Positions 29,932-42,411 of a stretch of 64,000 nucleotides of DNA are shown piece after piece. Each line of letters starts with the position of its first letter. Positions within the stretch are counted from its first letter, which is position 1. The stretch lies in the NCBI GenBank assembly GCA_963717935.1, contig CAVQXP010000001.1, positions 181,714 through 245,713 on the forward strand, given 5' to 3'. The stretch comes from Candidatus Eiseniibacteriota bacterium. GTDB lineage: Bacteria; Eisenbacteria; RBG-16-71-46. The notes below the pieces were generated by a model. That model was given only the letters and a program-made list of their open reading frames with translations, made no database searches and was not told where the DNA came from. Position numbers and translations under genes: made by a program.

Positions 29932-31559
29932 GAGTCCTGCCGCAAGGAGAAGCCCTTCTGCTGCCGCGCGAGCGGGCCCAGGTAGACGGCCTCGCCAGCC
30001 AGGAGGGTACACGCTGGGCGAACGTTGTGCAGCAGGGAAGCAGGAAGCCGGTGCAGATCGGCGTCCCAGACCACCAGGTCGGCCGCGCACCCCGGGGCGA
30101 TGCGGCCGAGCCCCGCCGAGCGGCCCGCCAGCGCCGCCCCGCCGGCCGTGTAGGCCCGGAGCGCCTGGTCGAGGCCGATGCATTCCCAGGGCGTGAAGCC
30201 CCCGGCAGGCGTGCCGTCGGTGCGCTGACGCGTGAGGGCCGCGTGCAGGCCGAGGGCCGGAACGGGGGCCTCGACCGGGGCGTCCGAGCCGAAGCCCACG
30301 GAGGCGCCCGTCTCGAGGAGGCTCCGCCAGGGGTAGGAGCGCCCGACGCGCGCGCCCCATCCCCGCTCGGCGATCTCGATGTCCGCGACGCAGTGCGCGG
30401 GCTGCAGGCTGGCCCACACGCCCAGCCGGGCGAAGCGCGGCCCGTCGGCCGGGTCCAGCAGCTGCACGTGCTCGATCCGCGGCGGCAACGCGAGCTTCGC
30501 GGCCGTCTCTGCGGACGCCTCGATGGCGTCGAGCGCCGAGCGAACGGCGCGGTCCCCGATGGCGTGGATCGCGACCGAGAGCCCGCCGCCAGCCGCCTGC
30601 GCCACCGCGCGCGCAAGCTCCGCCGGCGGCATCAGGTCCATGCCGGTCTCCGTGCTGCCCTCGTAGGGCTCCAGCAGGGCCGCGGTGCGCGAGCCCAGCG
30701 TGCCGTCGGCGAACAGCTTCACCGCCCCGTAGCGGAAGCGATCGTCCCCCACGCCGCTCTCGAGCCCCAGCGCCAGCGCAGCCTCGAGCCCCGCGTGCGG
30801 CAGGTGGGCGACCACGCGCAGGCACGGCAGGCTGGAGGCGCGCGTGAGCGCCCGAAGGAGCCGCAGCGCCTCGACACCCTCGAAGTCGTGCACCATGGTC
30901 ACGCCGTGCTCGTGCAGCCGCCGCGCGGCGAACGCCAGGCGCTCGAGGTCCGAGCCGCGCACCGCGCGGGCCTCGAGCCCGGCGAAAAGCCGCACCGCAT
31001 GTTCGCGCACGACCCCGGTGGGCTCGCCCGTCGCGTCACGCTCGATGCGGCCGCCTTCCGGGTCGGGCGTGCCGCGCGCCACGCCGGCTTCGCGCAGGGC
31101 CGCACTGTTCACCCACAGCGCGTGGTAGTCCTTGCTGTGCAACAGCACGGGCCGCTCGCCGCTCACCGCGTCCAGGCTCGCCCGCTCCGGTGGATCGCTC
31201 CAGGCGTTCGCGTCCCAGCCGCGGCCCGAGACCGGCCCGGCCCCCGGCTCCCCCGCGAGGAAAGCGGCGACCCGCCCGAGCGCCTCGCGGCGCGAGGCCG
31301 CCCCCGCGAGCGCCACCTCGTCGAGCGAGCGCGCCCAGGCCAGCAGGTGCAGGTGCGCATCCACCAGGCCGGGCGTCACCGTCGCGCCACCGGCGTCGAG
31401 ACGCCCGGTGTCGGACCGCACGAGGGGCTCCAGTTCGGCCGCGCGCCCGACGGCCAGCACCCGCCCCCCCGCCACGGCGATGGCGTCCGCCCGCTCGTCC
31501 ACGCGGCCGTCCGTCCAGACCCGGGCGTTCGTGACGAGGAGGCCGGCTCCCGGCTTCAT
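29928..31559 (-). CDS. YtcJ-like amidohydrolase
   Basis: PGLVDAHLH, KLFADGTLGSRTA, HAIGD, RIEHVQ, GSDAPV. Confidence 0.9.
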   Translation of the reverse strand: MKPGAGLLVTNARVWTDGRVDERADAIAVAGGRVLAVGRAAELEPLVRSDTGRLDAGGATVTPGLVDAHLHLLAWARSLDEVALAGAASRREALGRVAAFLAGEPGAGPVSGRGWDANAWSDPPERASLDAVSGERPVLLHSKDYHALWVNSAALREAGVARGTPDPEGGRIERDATGEPTGVVREHAVRLFAGLEARAVRGSDLERLAFAARRLHEHGVTMVHDFEGVEALRLLRALTRASSLPCLRVVAHLPHAGLEAALALGLESGVGDDRFRYGAVKLFADGTLGSRTAALLEPYEGSTETGMDLMPPAELARAVAQAAGGGLSVAIHAIGDRAVRSALDAIEASAETAAKLALPPRIEHVQLLDPADGPRFARLGVWASLQPAHCVADIEIAERGWGARVGRSYPWRSLLETGASVGFGSDAPVEAPVPALGLHAALTRQRTDGTPAGGFTPWECIGLDQALRAYTAGGAALAGRSAGLGRIAPGCAADLVVWDADLHRLPASLLHNVRPACTLLAGEAVYLGPLARQQKGFSLRQDS

Positions 31560-32356
31560 GTCGTCGGGGCCTCGACGTGATTCACGAGCACGCCGATGCC
31601 CTGCACCTCGATCTCGACGACGTCCCCGGGGACCACGGGGCCCACCCCCGCGGGCGTGCCCGTCGCGATCACGTCGCCGGGTTCGAGCGTCATGATGTGC
31701 GAGATGAAGCTGACGAGGGCGGGCACCGGGTGCAGCAGGTCCACCGTGTTCCCGTGCTGGCGCTCCTCGCCATTCACGCGGCAGCGGACGGCGAGTGCGC
31801 CGGGCGCCAGCCCCACCGCCACCCACGGGCCCAGCGGCGCGAACGTGTCGAAGCCCTTGGCCCGCGTCCACTGCCCATCCGTGCGCTGGTAGTTCCGCGC
31901 GCTGACGTCGTTGAAGCAGGTGTATCCCGCGACGTAGTCGAGCGCCGATTCCGAGGAGACCGCCCGCGCGCGCCGGCCGATGACCACCCCCAACTCCGCC
32001 TCGGGGTCCAACCGCTCCACGCCGCGCGGGTACCGGATCGCCTCGCCCGTGGCGATGACGGCGCTGGGCGGCTTGAGGAACAGGAGCGGCTCGGCGGGCG
32101 CGTCGAGTCCTCCGGGCACCGCCGTCGCGCTCTCGGCGATGTGGTCGCGATAGTTGAGGCCCACGCACACGATCTTGGTGGGCTCGGCCGGGGGCAGGAG
32201 CACCGCGCGCGCCGCGGCGTCGCGCGGGCCGCTCACGCGGCCACCGAGCCAGGGCGGAGCCTCGAGGCGGACGAAGACGTCGCCCTCGCGGCGGCCCCAG
32301 CAATCCGCCCCTTCGAAACGATAGCGTGCGATGTGCTGGACTGCGGCGTCGGACAT
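31556..32356 (-). CDS. Fumarylacetoacetate hydrolase family protein
   Basis: KIVCVGLNY..H, FLKPPS, EAELGVVIG, NDVSAR, KGFDTF.PLGP, TGTPAGVG. Confidence 0.93.
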   Translation of the reverse strand: MSDAAVQHIARYRFEGADCWGRREGDVFVRLEAPPWLGGRVSGPRDAAARAVLLPPAEPTKIVCVGLNYRDHIAESATAVPGGLDAPAEPLLFLKPPSAVIATGEAIRYPRGVERLDPEAELGVVIGRRARAVSSESALDYVAGYTCFNDVSARNYQRTDGQWTRAKGFDTFAPLGPWVAVGLAPGALAVRCRVNGEERQHGNTVDLLHPVPALVSFISHIMTLEPGDVIATGTPAGVGPVVPGDVVEIEVQGIGVLVNHVEAPTT

Positions 32357-32460
32357 CACCTGCCCCCCGATGCGGATGCGGCATTCTGGCGATTCCCGCA
32401 CCGGCGGGCAAATCGGCTCGTTTGACCGCTCTCTGCGCGCTCTGCTAGCGTCTGCACACT

Positions 32461-33798
32461 ATGCCACGACGCCCTCCGAAGACCCGCCGAGCCTCACCTG
32501 CCGACACGCTTTCCCGCCGCATCCGGACCCGCAAGGCCCACCTCGGCGTCATCGGTCTGGGCTATGTCGGGCTGCCCCTGGCCGTCGAGTTCGCCCGGGC
32601 CGGTTTCAAGGTGACGGGCATCGACCTCAGGGAGGACCGCGTCAAGCTGCTGCTGCGCGGGCGCTCCTACATCCAGGACGTGCCCAGCAGCGACGTGCGT
32701 GACCTCGTGCGTTCCGGGCACCTGACCGCCACCACCGATTTCGCGGCGTTGCGCCGGGCCGACGCCGTGTGCATCTGCGTCCCCACGCCGCTCTCCAAGC
32801 AGCGCGACCCGGACGTCTCCTACATCGTGGCCGCCGTGGACCAGGTCAAGAGGTACGTCCACGCCGGCCAGCTCGTGATCCTCGAGAGCACCACCTACCC
32901 CGGGACCACCGACGAGCTCATCCTGCCGGAGCTCGAGCGGGCCGGGCTCAAGGTCGGCAGGGACTTCTTCCTGGCTTTCTCGCCCGAACGCGTGGACCCG
33001 GGCAATCCGGTCTGGCAGACCCGCAACACGCCGAAGATCGTGGGCGGCGTGACGCCGACCTGCACGAAGGTCGCGGTCGAACTCTACCGGGAGCGTCTCG
33101 ACAAGGTGGTGCCGGTCTCCTCGACGCAGGTGGCCGAGATGGTGAAGCTGCACGAGAACACCTTCCGCAGCGTCAACATCGGCCTGGTGAACGAGCTGGC
33201 CTTGATGTGCGCACGGCTCAAGATCGACGTCTGGGAGGTCATCGAGGCAGCGGCCACCAAGCCGTTCGGCTTCATGCCCTTCTACCCGGGCCCCGGTCTG
33301 GGCGGGCACTGCATCCCGATCGACCCCTTCTACCTCTCGTGGAAGGCGCGGGCCAGCGGGTTCGAGGCGCGTTTCATCGAGCTCGCCGGCTACATCAACG
33401 GCCAGATGCCCGAACACGCCGTGGACCTCGTGGCGCGTGCCCTGAACACGCGCAATCGCTCGGTGCGTGGCTCGCGCGTGCTGGTGCTGGGGGTGGCCTA
33501 CAAGGCCAACATCGACGACGTGCGGGAGAGCCCGTCGCTCGACATCATGAAGACGCTCGCGGACCGCGGGGCCAAGGTCGAGTATTCCGATCCCTTCGTG
33601 GCCTCGCTCGATTTCTTCGGGCACCGCATGAAGAGCACCCCGCTCACCCCGGCGCAGTTGCGCCGTTTCGACTGCACGGTGATCGCCACCGCACACGAGG
33701 CCTTCCCCTACGGGCTCATCCTGCGTCACTCGAAGAGCGTGGTGGACACCCGCAACGCGCTCAAGGGCAGGCGCTCGGGCAAGATCGTCAGGCTCTAG
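32461..33798 (+). CDS. Nucleotide-sugar (UDP-GlcNAc/ManNAc) 6-dehydrogenase
   Basis: GLGYVGLPLA, CVPTP, ESTTYPGTT, PGPGLGGHCIPIDP, YKANIDDVRESP. Confidence 0.93.
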   Translation: MPRRPPKTRRASPADTLSRRIRTRKAHLGVIGLGYVGLPLAVEFARAGFKVTGIDLREDRVKLLLRGRSYIQDVPSSDVRDLVRSGHLTATTDFAALRRADAVCICVPTPLSKQRDPDVSYIVAAVDQVKRYVHAGQLVILESTTYPGTTDELILPELERAGLKVGRDFFLAFSPERVDPGNPVWQTRNTPKIVGGVTPTCTKVAVELYRERLDKVVPVSSTQVAEMVKLHENTFRSVNIGLVNELALMCARLKIDVWEVIEAAATKPFGFMPFYPGPGLGGHCIPIDPFYLSWKARASGFEARFIELAGYINGQMPEHAVDLVARALNTRNRSVRGSRVLVLGVAYKANIDDVRESPSLDIMKTLADRGAKVEYSDPFVASLDFFGHRMKSTPLTPAQLRRFDCTVIATAHEAFPYGLILRHSKSVVDTRNALKGRRSGKIVRL

Positions 33799-33816
33799 CG
33801 TCCGTCTCACGACGAA

Positions 33817-33846
33817 CGGGGCGGCTCTCTCGCGAGGGCCGCCCCG
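33817..33846. terminator. GC-rich hairpin between convergent genes (probable bidirectional terminator)
   Basis: CGGGGCGGCTCTC-TCGC-GAGGGCCGCCCCG. Confidence 0.65.
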
Positions 33847-33862
33847 AGTCGTTCCCGTGGGG

Positions 33863-35774
<1,912 letters not shown>

Positions 35775-35887
35775 GGATTTCCTTCCTTCGTCGTGATGGA
35801 CGGAGACCACGCCGGTCCTGGACACCCGCCGAACGGCGGGTCCGACCGGCGTGGCACGTCCGTGGGTGAACCGGGCCGCCCTTCCGG

Positions 35888-36337
35888 CTACCCGATCTTG
35901 ACCTCGATCTCGCGCAGCCGGGCCTCCTCGGCCTTGGGCACGCGCACCTCGAGCACACCGTCCTTGCTGGTCGCCTTCACCTGGTCGGCGCGCACCGGCG
36001 CGCCCAGCGTGAAGGAGCGCTCGAACGTGCCGTACGTCCGCTCGCAGCGCAGCCAGTTGCCGTCCTTCTCCGAGCACTCCTGCCTGCGCTCGCCGCGGAT
36101 CGTGAGCGTGTCGCCCATGACGTGCACCTTCACGTCCTTCTGGGCGACGCCCGGCAGGTCCAGGCGCAGGACGAACTGCTCGGGCGTCTCCTCGATGTCC
36201 ACGACCGGCACGAAGTCGAACGCCGCGCGGGCGCTCGGCCGCCCGAAGGCGCTGTCGAACAGCCGGTTCATCTCCTCGTGCATGGTGAGCAGGTCCCGCA
36301 TCGGCGGGGCCGCGGGATTCCAGCGGATGACTTGCAT
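35888..36337 (-). CDS. Hsp20/alpha-crystallin small heat-shock protein
   Basis: [36 protein letters not shown]. Confidence 0.93.
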   Translation of the reverse strand: MQVIRWNPAAPPMRDLLTMHEEMNRLFDSAFGRPSARAAFDFVPVVDIEETPEQFVLRLDLPGVAQKDVKVHVMGDTLTIRGERRQECSEKDGNWLRCERTYGTFERSFTLGAPVRADQVKATSKDGVLEVRVPKAEEARLREIEVKIG

Positions 36338-36444
36338 CGTGATGATCTCCTCTTGCTTGGACGATGACGTCTCGTCAGGCGCCGCGTCCGGACCGGCCCT
36401 GGCCGGGTCCGCGTGGCGCGTTCTCCTGGTTACCGGACCTTGAA

Positions 36445-36461
36445 CGCAGGCCGTGTGCCAG
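36445..36461 (-). promoter_or_regulatory. Sigma-54 (-24/-12) promoter upstream of hsp20-dnaK
   Basis: Minus strand reads CTGGCACACGGCCTGCG, i.e. TGGCAC with GG-N10-GC, about 110 bp upstream of the hsp20 ATG. Confidence 0.6.
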
Positions 36462-36653
36462 CAGTTCGCGAATCGGCTAATCCGCTGTCTCACAGCGATC
36501 CCGGCGACGGAGGCCCTCATCACAGGCACTCGAACGGCCGCACGCGCGCCGCGTTCACCGCCGAAACAGCCACCGTTTCGCTGCGGAACGCGCTGTCCAG
36601 TCGGCGGACGCCGCGTTGGGCGGAGCACGTCCCTTCTGCTAGCGTGGCGCGCG

Positions 36654-37636
36654 ATGCGAATCAGCCTCTTCCTCCCCCACGTCGGCGTCTTCGGTGGCGT
36701 GCGCCGCTTCCTCGAGCTGGGCAACGTCTGGAGCGCGGGCGGGCACGCCGTCACGCTCTTCCATCCCGGGGGCGAGCCGCCCGCGTGGCTCCCCTTCGCC
36801 GGGGCACCCGCCCGTCTCGACGAGGCCGCCCCCGGGGGCGCCAGCCGATCTCGCCCTCTGCGCCGACCCGCACACCTTCGACGCCTTCGCCGCCCGCGCG
36901 CCCGGTGCGCCGTCTACTACTGCGTGATCGAGGGCGACCCGGGCGTCGCCCGCGCGCTGGCGCGCCCGGACATCCGCCTCGCCGCCAACTCGGGGCCGCT
37001 GCGCCGCGCGCTCGAGCGGCGCTCGCGCCGGCCGGTGCTCGACGGCGTCGGCGGCATCAACACGCGACAGTTCCGGCCCGACCCGGCCCGACGCGCGGAC
37101 GGCGCCGCTGCGCGTGCTGCTCAACGGACGCCGCTCGCGCCCCAAGAAGGGCACCGACCTCGTGCTGCGCGCGCTCGCCGGCGCTGGCCGGGCACGTGCC
37201 CGACGTTCGAGGTCGTGCTCTTCGACTGCGCTCGGACCGCAGAACCGGCAGGACCCGCGCGACGGCGCGCCCTGCCCGGCGCAACACGCGCTTCGTGCTC
37301 GACCCCACGCAGGAGGAGCTGGTCGCGCTCTACCAGTCGGCGCACCTGTTCGTGGCCGCCGAGCGCAAGGCGGGCTGGTGCAACACCGCGCTCGAGGCCA
37401 TGGCCTGCGGCACCGCCGTCGTCTGCACGAGAAGCGGCACGACGCGACTTCGCCCGGGACGGCGAGAACGCGCTGGTCGCGCGCTGGCGGCACCCATTCG
37501 CCTGCGCCCGCTCATCGCCCGCGTCCTGCGCGAGCCCGCCCTGCGCGAACGGCTTGGCGCCGCAGGCCCTGCGACCGCCGCCGCGTGGACCTGGGAGATC
37601 CTGGCCGCGAAGCTGCTCGCCGCGCTGGTGCCGTAG
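36654..37636 (+). CDS. Family 4 glycosyltransferase; multiple frameshifts
   Basis: MRISLFLPHVGVFGGVRR, KKGTD, ELVALYQSAHLFV, GWCNTALEAMACG spread across frames. Confidence 0.75.
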
Positions 37637-37676
37637 CGGGAAGGGGGCGGGCCCCTCAGGGTCCGCCCCCTCCCGC
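37636..37676. terminator. Hairpin between convergent GT4 and nuoI
   Basis: GCGGGAAGGGGGCGGGCCC-CTCA-GGGTCCGCCCCCTCCCGC. Confidence 0.6.
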
Positions 37677-37712
37677 ACCGCGCCCACCCGCGCGCGGACG
37701 CCGGACACGCTC

Positions 37713-38159
37713 TCATCGCTGCGGCAGGTAGCCCGCCTTCTCCTCGCCCACCAGCAGCTCGTCCTTCGTGTAGATGAAGGCCTCGCGCCGGTAGTCCGCC
37801 AGCTCGTAGTCCTTCTCGAGGAAGATGGCGTCCTCGGGGCAGGCCTCCTCGCACATGCCGCAGAAGATGCAGCGCAGCACGTTGATCTCGTAGCGCTCGG
37901 CATGGCGTTCGCCGTGCGAGCGGGGGTGATCCGGGTCGTTCTCCGCGGCCTTCACGAAGATGGCGTCGGCCGGGCAGGCCACCGCGCAGAGCTCGCAGCC
38001 CACGCAGCGCTCCAGTCCGTCCTCGTGCCGCGCCAGGATGTGCAGCCCCCGGAAGCGCGGGAACATCACCAGCTTCTCGTTCGGGTACTGCAGGGTCACC
38101 GGCTTCCTGAAGAACTGATCGAGCGTGACACCGAGCCCCGTCGCCAACTCCTTGATCAT
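37713..38159 (-). CDS. nuoI: NADH-quinone oxidoreductase subunit I
   Basis: T.QYP.EK, PRFRG.H, CVGCELCAVACP, CIFCGMCEEACP. Confidence 0.93.
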   Translation of the reverse strand: MIKELATGLGVTLDQFFRKPVTLQYPNEKLVMFPRFRGLHILARHEDGLERCVGCELCAVACPADAIFVKAAENDPDHPRSHGERHAERYEINVLRCIFCGMCEEACPEDAIFLEKDYELADYRREAFIYTKDELLVGEEKAGYLPQR

Positions 38160-38306
38160 GCTGCGGACTCCTCGCAGGCCGAGACGGTTGCCATCCGGAC
38201 ACCGGAGGCAGGATAGCCGGGGCTCGAACCCGGCGCAAACGAGGCGGCCCCGATGCCGGCGCCCGCTCCCGCCCGGCCTCGTGACTGTCGGGCCTGCCCG
38301 CCGCCC

Positions 38307-38861
38307 CTACAGCCTCGGCAGCGTGATGCCCCGCTGGGCCTGGTACTTGCCCGCCTTGTCCTTGTACGAGACCTCGCAGGGCGAGTCGCTCTCGAAGAAG
38401 AGCACCTGGGCGATGCCCTCGTTGGCGTAGACCTTCGCGGGCAGCGGCGTGGTGTTGCTGATCTCGAGCGTCACGAAGCCCTCCCACTCGGGCTCGAAGG
38501 GCGTAACGTTCGTGATGATGCCGCAGCGGGCGTAGGTGCTCTTCCCCAGGCACACCGTGATCACGTTGCGCGGGATGCGGAAGTACTCGACGCTGCGCCC
38601 CAGCGCGAAGGAGTTGGGCGGGATGAGGGCGACCGGTCCCTTGAAGTCCACCATCGAGGCGGGGTCCATGTTCTTGGGGTCCACGATGGTCGAGTTCACG
38701 TTCGTGAAGATCTTGAACTCGTCGGCGATGCGCAGGTCGTAGCCGTAGGACGAGACACCGTAGGAGATGGCTCCGGAGCGGACCTGCTTCTCCTCGAACG
38801 GATCGATCATCTTGTGCTCGCGGCACATCTGCCGGATCCAGTGGTCGGGACGGATGGACAT
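38307..38861 (-). CDS. dcd: dCTP deaminase
   Basis: [48 protein letters not shown]. Confidence 0.95.
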   Translation of the reverse strand: MSIRPDHWIRQMCREHKMIDPFEEKQVRSGAISYGVSSYGYDLRIADEFKIFTNVNSTIVDPKNMDPASMVDFKGPVALIPPNSFALGRSVEYFRIPRNVITVCLGKSTYARCGIITNVTPFEPEWEGFVTLEISNTTPLPAKVYANEGIAQVLFFESDSPCEVSYKDKAGKYQAQRGITLPRL

Positions 38862-38863
38862 CC

Positions 38864-39223
38864 TCATTCCTCCGAAGGGTTGAAGCGGCCCAGCATCCGG
38901 ACCGCATGGACGAGTTCGGGCAGCAACAGCCGCTTCAGCGCCAGCTCCACGGCGGCGCGTGAGCCGGGCAGCAGCACGACGAGGCGGCCGCGCGCGACGA
39001 AGGCCTCGGCGCGCGAGAGCCAGGCGGCCGCGCCGACCTGCCCCGCCGAGAGCACGCGGAACAGCTCGCCGAAGCCGGGCACGGACCGCTCGGCGAGTGG
39101 CGCCAGCGCCTCGGGCGTGCGGTCGCGCGGGCCGAGGCCAGTGCCGCCGGTGACGATGAGCACGTCCACTTCGGCGCGCGCCAGGGCCGCGCGGGCCGCG
39201 CGCCGCAGGGCGGCGGGCTCGTC
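38864..39223 (-). CDS. MoaB/Mog molybdopterin adenylyltransferase-like protein, 5' part missing (cut at junction)
   Basis: [31 protein letters not shown]; upstream sequence is unrelated and lower in GC. Confidence 0.85.
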   Translation of the reverse strand, partial: DEPAALRRAARAALARAEVDVLIVTGGTGLGPRDRTPEALAPLAERSVPGFGELFRVLSAGQVGAAAWLSRAEAFVARGRLVVLLPGSRAAVELALKRLLLPELVHAVRMLGRFNPSEE

Positions 39224-39417
39224 GAATAAGAACATGAAATTCATTCCAAGAGGATGATCTCGGTCATGGTGGAAGATGAATTCGTCCCGGCAGTGGTGGC
39301 AGTCATCACCAAGGTCAACCGCACCGGCAACTTCGGTGACGGCAGGATCTCGTCTGTCCGGTGGAAGAGTCAGTCCGCATAAGGACCGGCGAGAGGGGGA
39401 GCGTGGCCATATCATGA
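39224..39417 (+). CDS. nifI2: PII-family nitrogenase regulator NifI2, 3' part only, two indels
   Basis: Manual translation MKFIP(K)[33 protein letters not shown](F)[21 protein letters not shown]; stop overlaps the nifD start (ATGA). Confidence 0.8.
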
Positions 39418-40998
39418 GCGGAGTCGAAAAAACCGTGGAGAGCGTAGTGGAAAGTGCGATTCCCCGCGCCAAAGATCCGGTAACCATCGCTCACAGCAAA
39501 CAGGTGGTGGAGGGAATGCTGAAAGGCTTTCCCAAGAAGACGATTGAGGTGAGAAGCAAGCACGTGGTGGTCAAAGATTCCTGCGAGGTCGAGCAGAAGA
39601 TCGATGCCAACAGCCGTACCATTCCCGGCATCCTCACCAATCGGGGCTGCGCTTACGCCGGCTCCAAGGGCGTGGTCTTCGGGCCCATCAAGGATATACT
39701 GCATATCACCCACGGCCCTATCGGCTGTGCGTATTTCACCTGGGGCACCAGAAGAAATCTCATGAGCAAAGAAGAAGGCAGAGACTGCTTCGCCGGCTAT
39801 TGCCTGAGCACTGACGTCAAGGAGACGGATATCGTCTTTGGAGCGGAGAAGAAGCTGGCTGCAGCCATTCGAGAGGCTTATGCCATCTTCAAGCCCGAGT
39901 GTATCTCGGTCTTCTGCACCTGCCCCATCGGCCTTATTGGCGACGATATCGAGTCCGTCTGCCGCAAAGCCGAGGCGGATCTGAGGATCAAGGTCATCCC
40001 CGTGCGATGCGAAGGCTACCGCGGCGTCAGCCAATCGGCAGGCCACCACATCGCCTCCAATGCCCTGATGGAGCATCTGGTGGGCAGCGAAGAGCTGGAA
40101 GACCCCGGGCCCTTTGACGTCAACGTCTTCGGCGAATACAACATCGGCGGAGACTACTGGGTGGTCAAGGATCTGCTGGAGAAGGTGGGATACAGAGTAG
40201 TCAGCCCCTTCACCGGCGACGCCTCCTTCCATGATATCGCCAAAGCCCATCGGGCCAAGCTCAACATCCTGCTCTGCCACCGCTCCATCAACTACACCAA
40301 CCGCATGATGGAAGAAAAGTACGGCGTTCCCTGGCTGAAGGTCAACTACCTGGGCGTAGAAGACACTATCAAGACCCTGCGGGACATGGCCGTCTTCTTC
40401 GACAACCCGGATCTGACCAAAAAGACAGAGGCAGTAATCGCCGAGGAGATGGCCAAAATCCAGCCGGTCATTGATATGTACAAAAAGAGGCTGGCCGGAA
40501 AGAGGGTCATGATCCTGGTGGGAGGATCGCGTGCTCATCATGTCCGCAATATGTTCGAGACCCTGGGCATGGACGTGGTCGTGGCCGGCTACGAGTTCGC
40601 CCACCGGGATGACTATGAGGGCAGAAAAGCGCTCTCCAGCATCGTTCATACCGGACAGTCCAAGGTCCTGGCCGATATCCACTACAAACGCGATCCCAAT
40701 GTGGTTTCGCCCTACGACGATGCCGCTATCCAGAAGAAGAAAGAAAAAATTCCAAGACTGATGGACTATGAAGGCCTGCTGCCCGATATGAAAGACGGCC
40801 AGGTCATGATCGACGACTACAGCCATCACGGTGCGAGCGCCTGGTGAAGGATCTAGGAATAGATCTCTTCTGTTCGGGAATCAAAGACAAGTACGTCTTC
40901 CAGAAGATGCACATCCCCTCCAGGCAGATGCACTCCTATGACTACAGCGGTCCTTACACCGGATTTGAAGGATTCGTTCAGTTCGCCAAGGACATCGA
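39414..40998 (+). CDS. nifD: Nitrogenase MoFe protein alpha chain (group II); frameshift near 40830; 3' end cut at junction
   Basis: P-cluster cysteines RGCAY, PIGC, TCPIG; SQSAGHH; FeMo-co ligands LLCHRS and [19 protein letters not shown] followed by the group II insertion. Confidence 0.93.
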
Positions 40999-41053
40999 AA
41001 ATGAAGGAGTTAGTAAATTGAACGCGTTAGAAAATAAAGGAGCTGTAAAATGA
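40999..41053 (+). CDS. Probable 3' tail of rnfG
   Basis: AT-rich tail [17 protein letters not shown] overlapping the rnfE start (ATGA); rnfG normally precedes rnfE. Confidence 0.45.
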
Positions 41054-41742
41054 AAAAACAAGTTACACTCCTGCGCGAATTCACAAAAGGTTTATGGGAA
41101 ATAAACCCGACGTTCAAACAAATACTTGGAATGTGCCCTACACTTGCTGTTACTGTCTCTGCAATAAATGGAATTGCAATGGCGCTTGCAACAACTTTTG
41201 TGCTGGTATTTTCAAGTTTACTCATATCGCTAATAAGAAAATGGATTCCAAGTCAGGTTAGAATTGCAGCATACATTGTTATCATTGCAACATTTGTAAC
41301 AATAGTAGATCTTGTGATGAAGGCTCAGTTTCAGGAATTAAGCAAAGCTCTCGGACCATTTATTCCGCTTATAGTTGTAAACTGTATTATTCTCGGAAGA
41401 GCTGAAGCGTTCGCATCAAAAAACAATGCGCTAAGATCGGTTCTGGATGCACTTGGTAATGGTGCCGGATTTTTAATTTCACTTTTTGTTCTTGGCGGAA
41501 TCAGGGAAATTATAGGTTCAAGAACAATTCTTGGCTACCAGGTCTTACCAAACGGATTTGAACCATGGTTAATTATGATTCTTCCGGCTGGTGCATTTTT
41601 AACTCTTGGCTTAATGATGGGTTTTGCAAATATGTATATCGAACGTAAGAAAAATCTTGAACGTGATGCTTTGATTGCTCAATATAAGCGGGTTGGCAGA
41701 GATGAAATTACGGATGAAGTATTAAAAGAGGCAGGAGTATAA
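41050..41742 (+). CDS. rnfE: Rnf/Rsx electron transport complex subunit E
   Basis: [47 protein letters not shown]. Confidence 0.95.
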   Translation: MKKQVTLLREFTKGLWEINPTFKQILGMCPTLAVTVSAINGIAMALATTFVLVFSSLLISLIRKWIPSQVRIAAYIVIIATFVTIVDLVMKAQFQELSKALGPFIPLIVVNCIILGRAEAFASKNNALRSVLDALGNGAGFLISLFVLGGIREIIGSRTILGYQVLPNGFEPWLIMILPAGAFLTLGLMMGFANMYIERKKNLERDALIAQYKRVGRDEITDEVLKEAGV

Positions 41743-41744
41743 TT

Positions 41745-42317
41745 ATGGAACTGTTAATAATTTTTATTTCCGCGGCCTTAGTTAACAATTTTGTTCTTTC
41801 ATACTTCCTTGGAATTTGCCCTTTTATTGGAGTATCAAACAAAACATCTTCTGCTATTTCAATGGGAATGGCAACAACTTTTGTAATGGTGCTTACGGCA
41901 ATTGTAAGCTGGCTGCTTTTTAATCTGATTCTTGTTCCTTACAAATTAGAATTCTTGCAGATTCCATCGTTTATTCTAGTTATTGCTGCATTAGTTCAGT
42001 TTGTTGAGATGGTAATTAAAAAAGTTTCTCAGCCATTATATAGAGCTCTTGGAATTTTTCTTCCGTTGATAACAACTAACTGCGCGATACTGGGCTTAGC
42101 ATTGCTTGCATCTATGAGGGAATATAATTTTCTTGAAAGCGTTATTTTTGGATTTGGCGCCGGTGCTGGTTTTACTCTTGCCTTGGTAATTATGGCTGGA
42201 ATAAGAGAAGAGCTTGATTTAGCAGATGTTCCAAAACCATTTCAAGGTGCACCGATTACTTTAATTGTTGCCGGAATTTTAGCGCTTGCATTTATGGGTT
42301 TTGCGGGGATGATTTAG
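41745..42317 (+). CDS. rnfA: Rnf/Rsx electron transport complex subunit A
   Basis: NNFVL..FLGICPFIGVS, LGIFLPLITTNCAILG, AFMGFAG. Confidence 0.95.
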   Translation: MELLIIFISAALVNNFVLSYFLGICPFIGVSNKTSSAISMGMATTFVMVLTAIVSWLLFNLILVPYKLEFLQIPSFILVIAALVQFVEMVIKKVSQPLYRALGIFLPLITTNCAILGLALLASMREYNFLESVIFGFGAGAGFTLALVIMAGIREELDLADVPKPFQGAPITLIVAGILALAFMGFAGMI

Positions 42318-42411
42318 TAAATAATGAATAAAGAAATCTGAAAACAGAAGTAGAAATTAATATTATCGTTTGACGTTTCACATTTGACGTCTGATATTTA
42401 AGGAGATAAAA

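Noticed and set aside
39224..39487. N-terminal extension of the MoaB/Mog ORF 38864..39487
   Set aside because: It is the antisense of nifI2/nifD read across the junction
40844..41053. 69-aa ORF as a separate gene
   Set aside because: It is the frameshifted NifD C-terminal region fused across the junction to the tail of the AT-rich gene before rnfE
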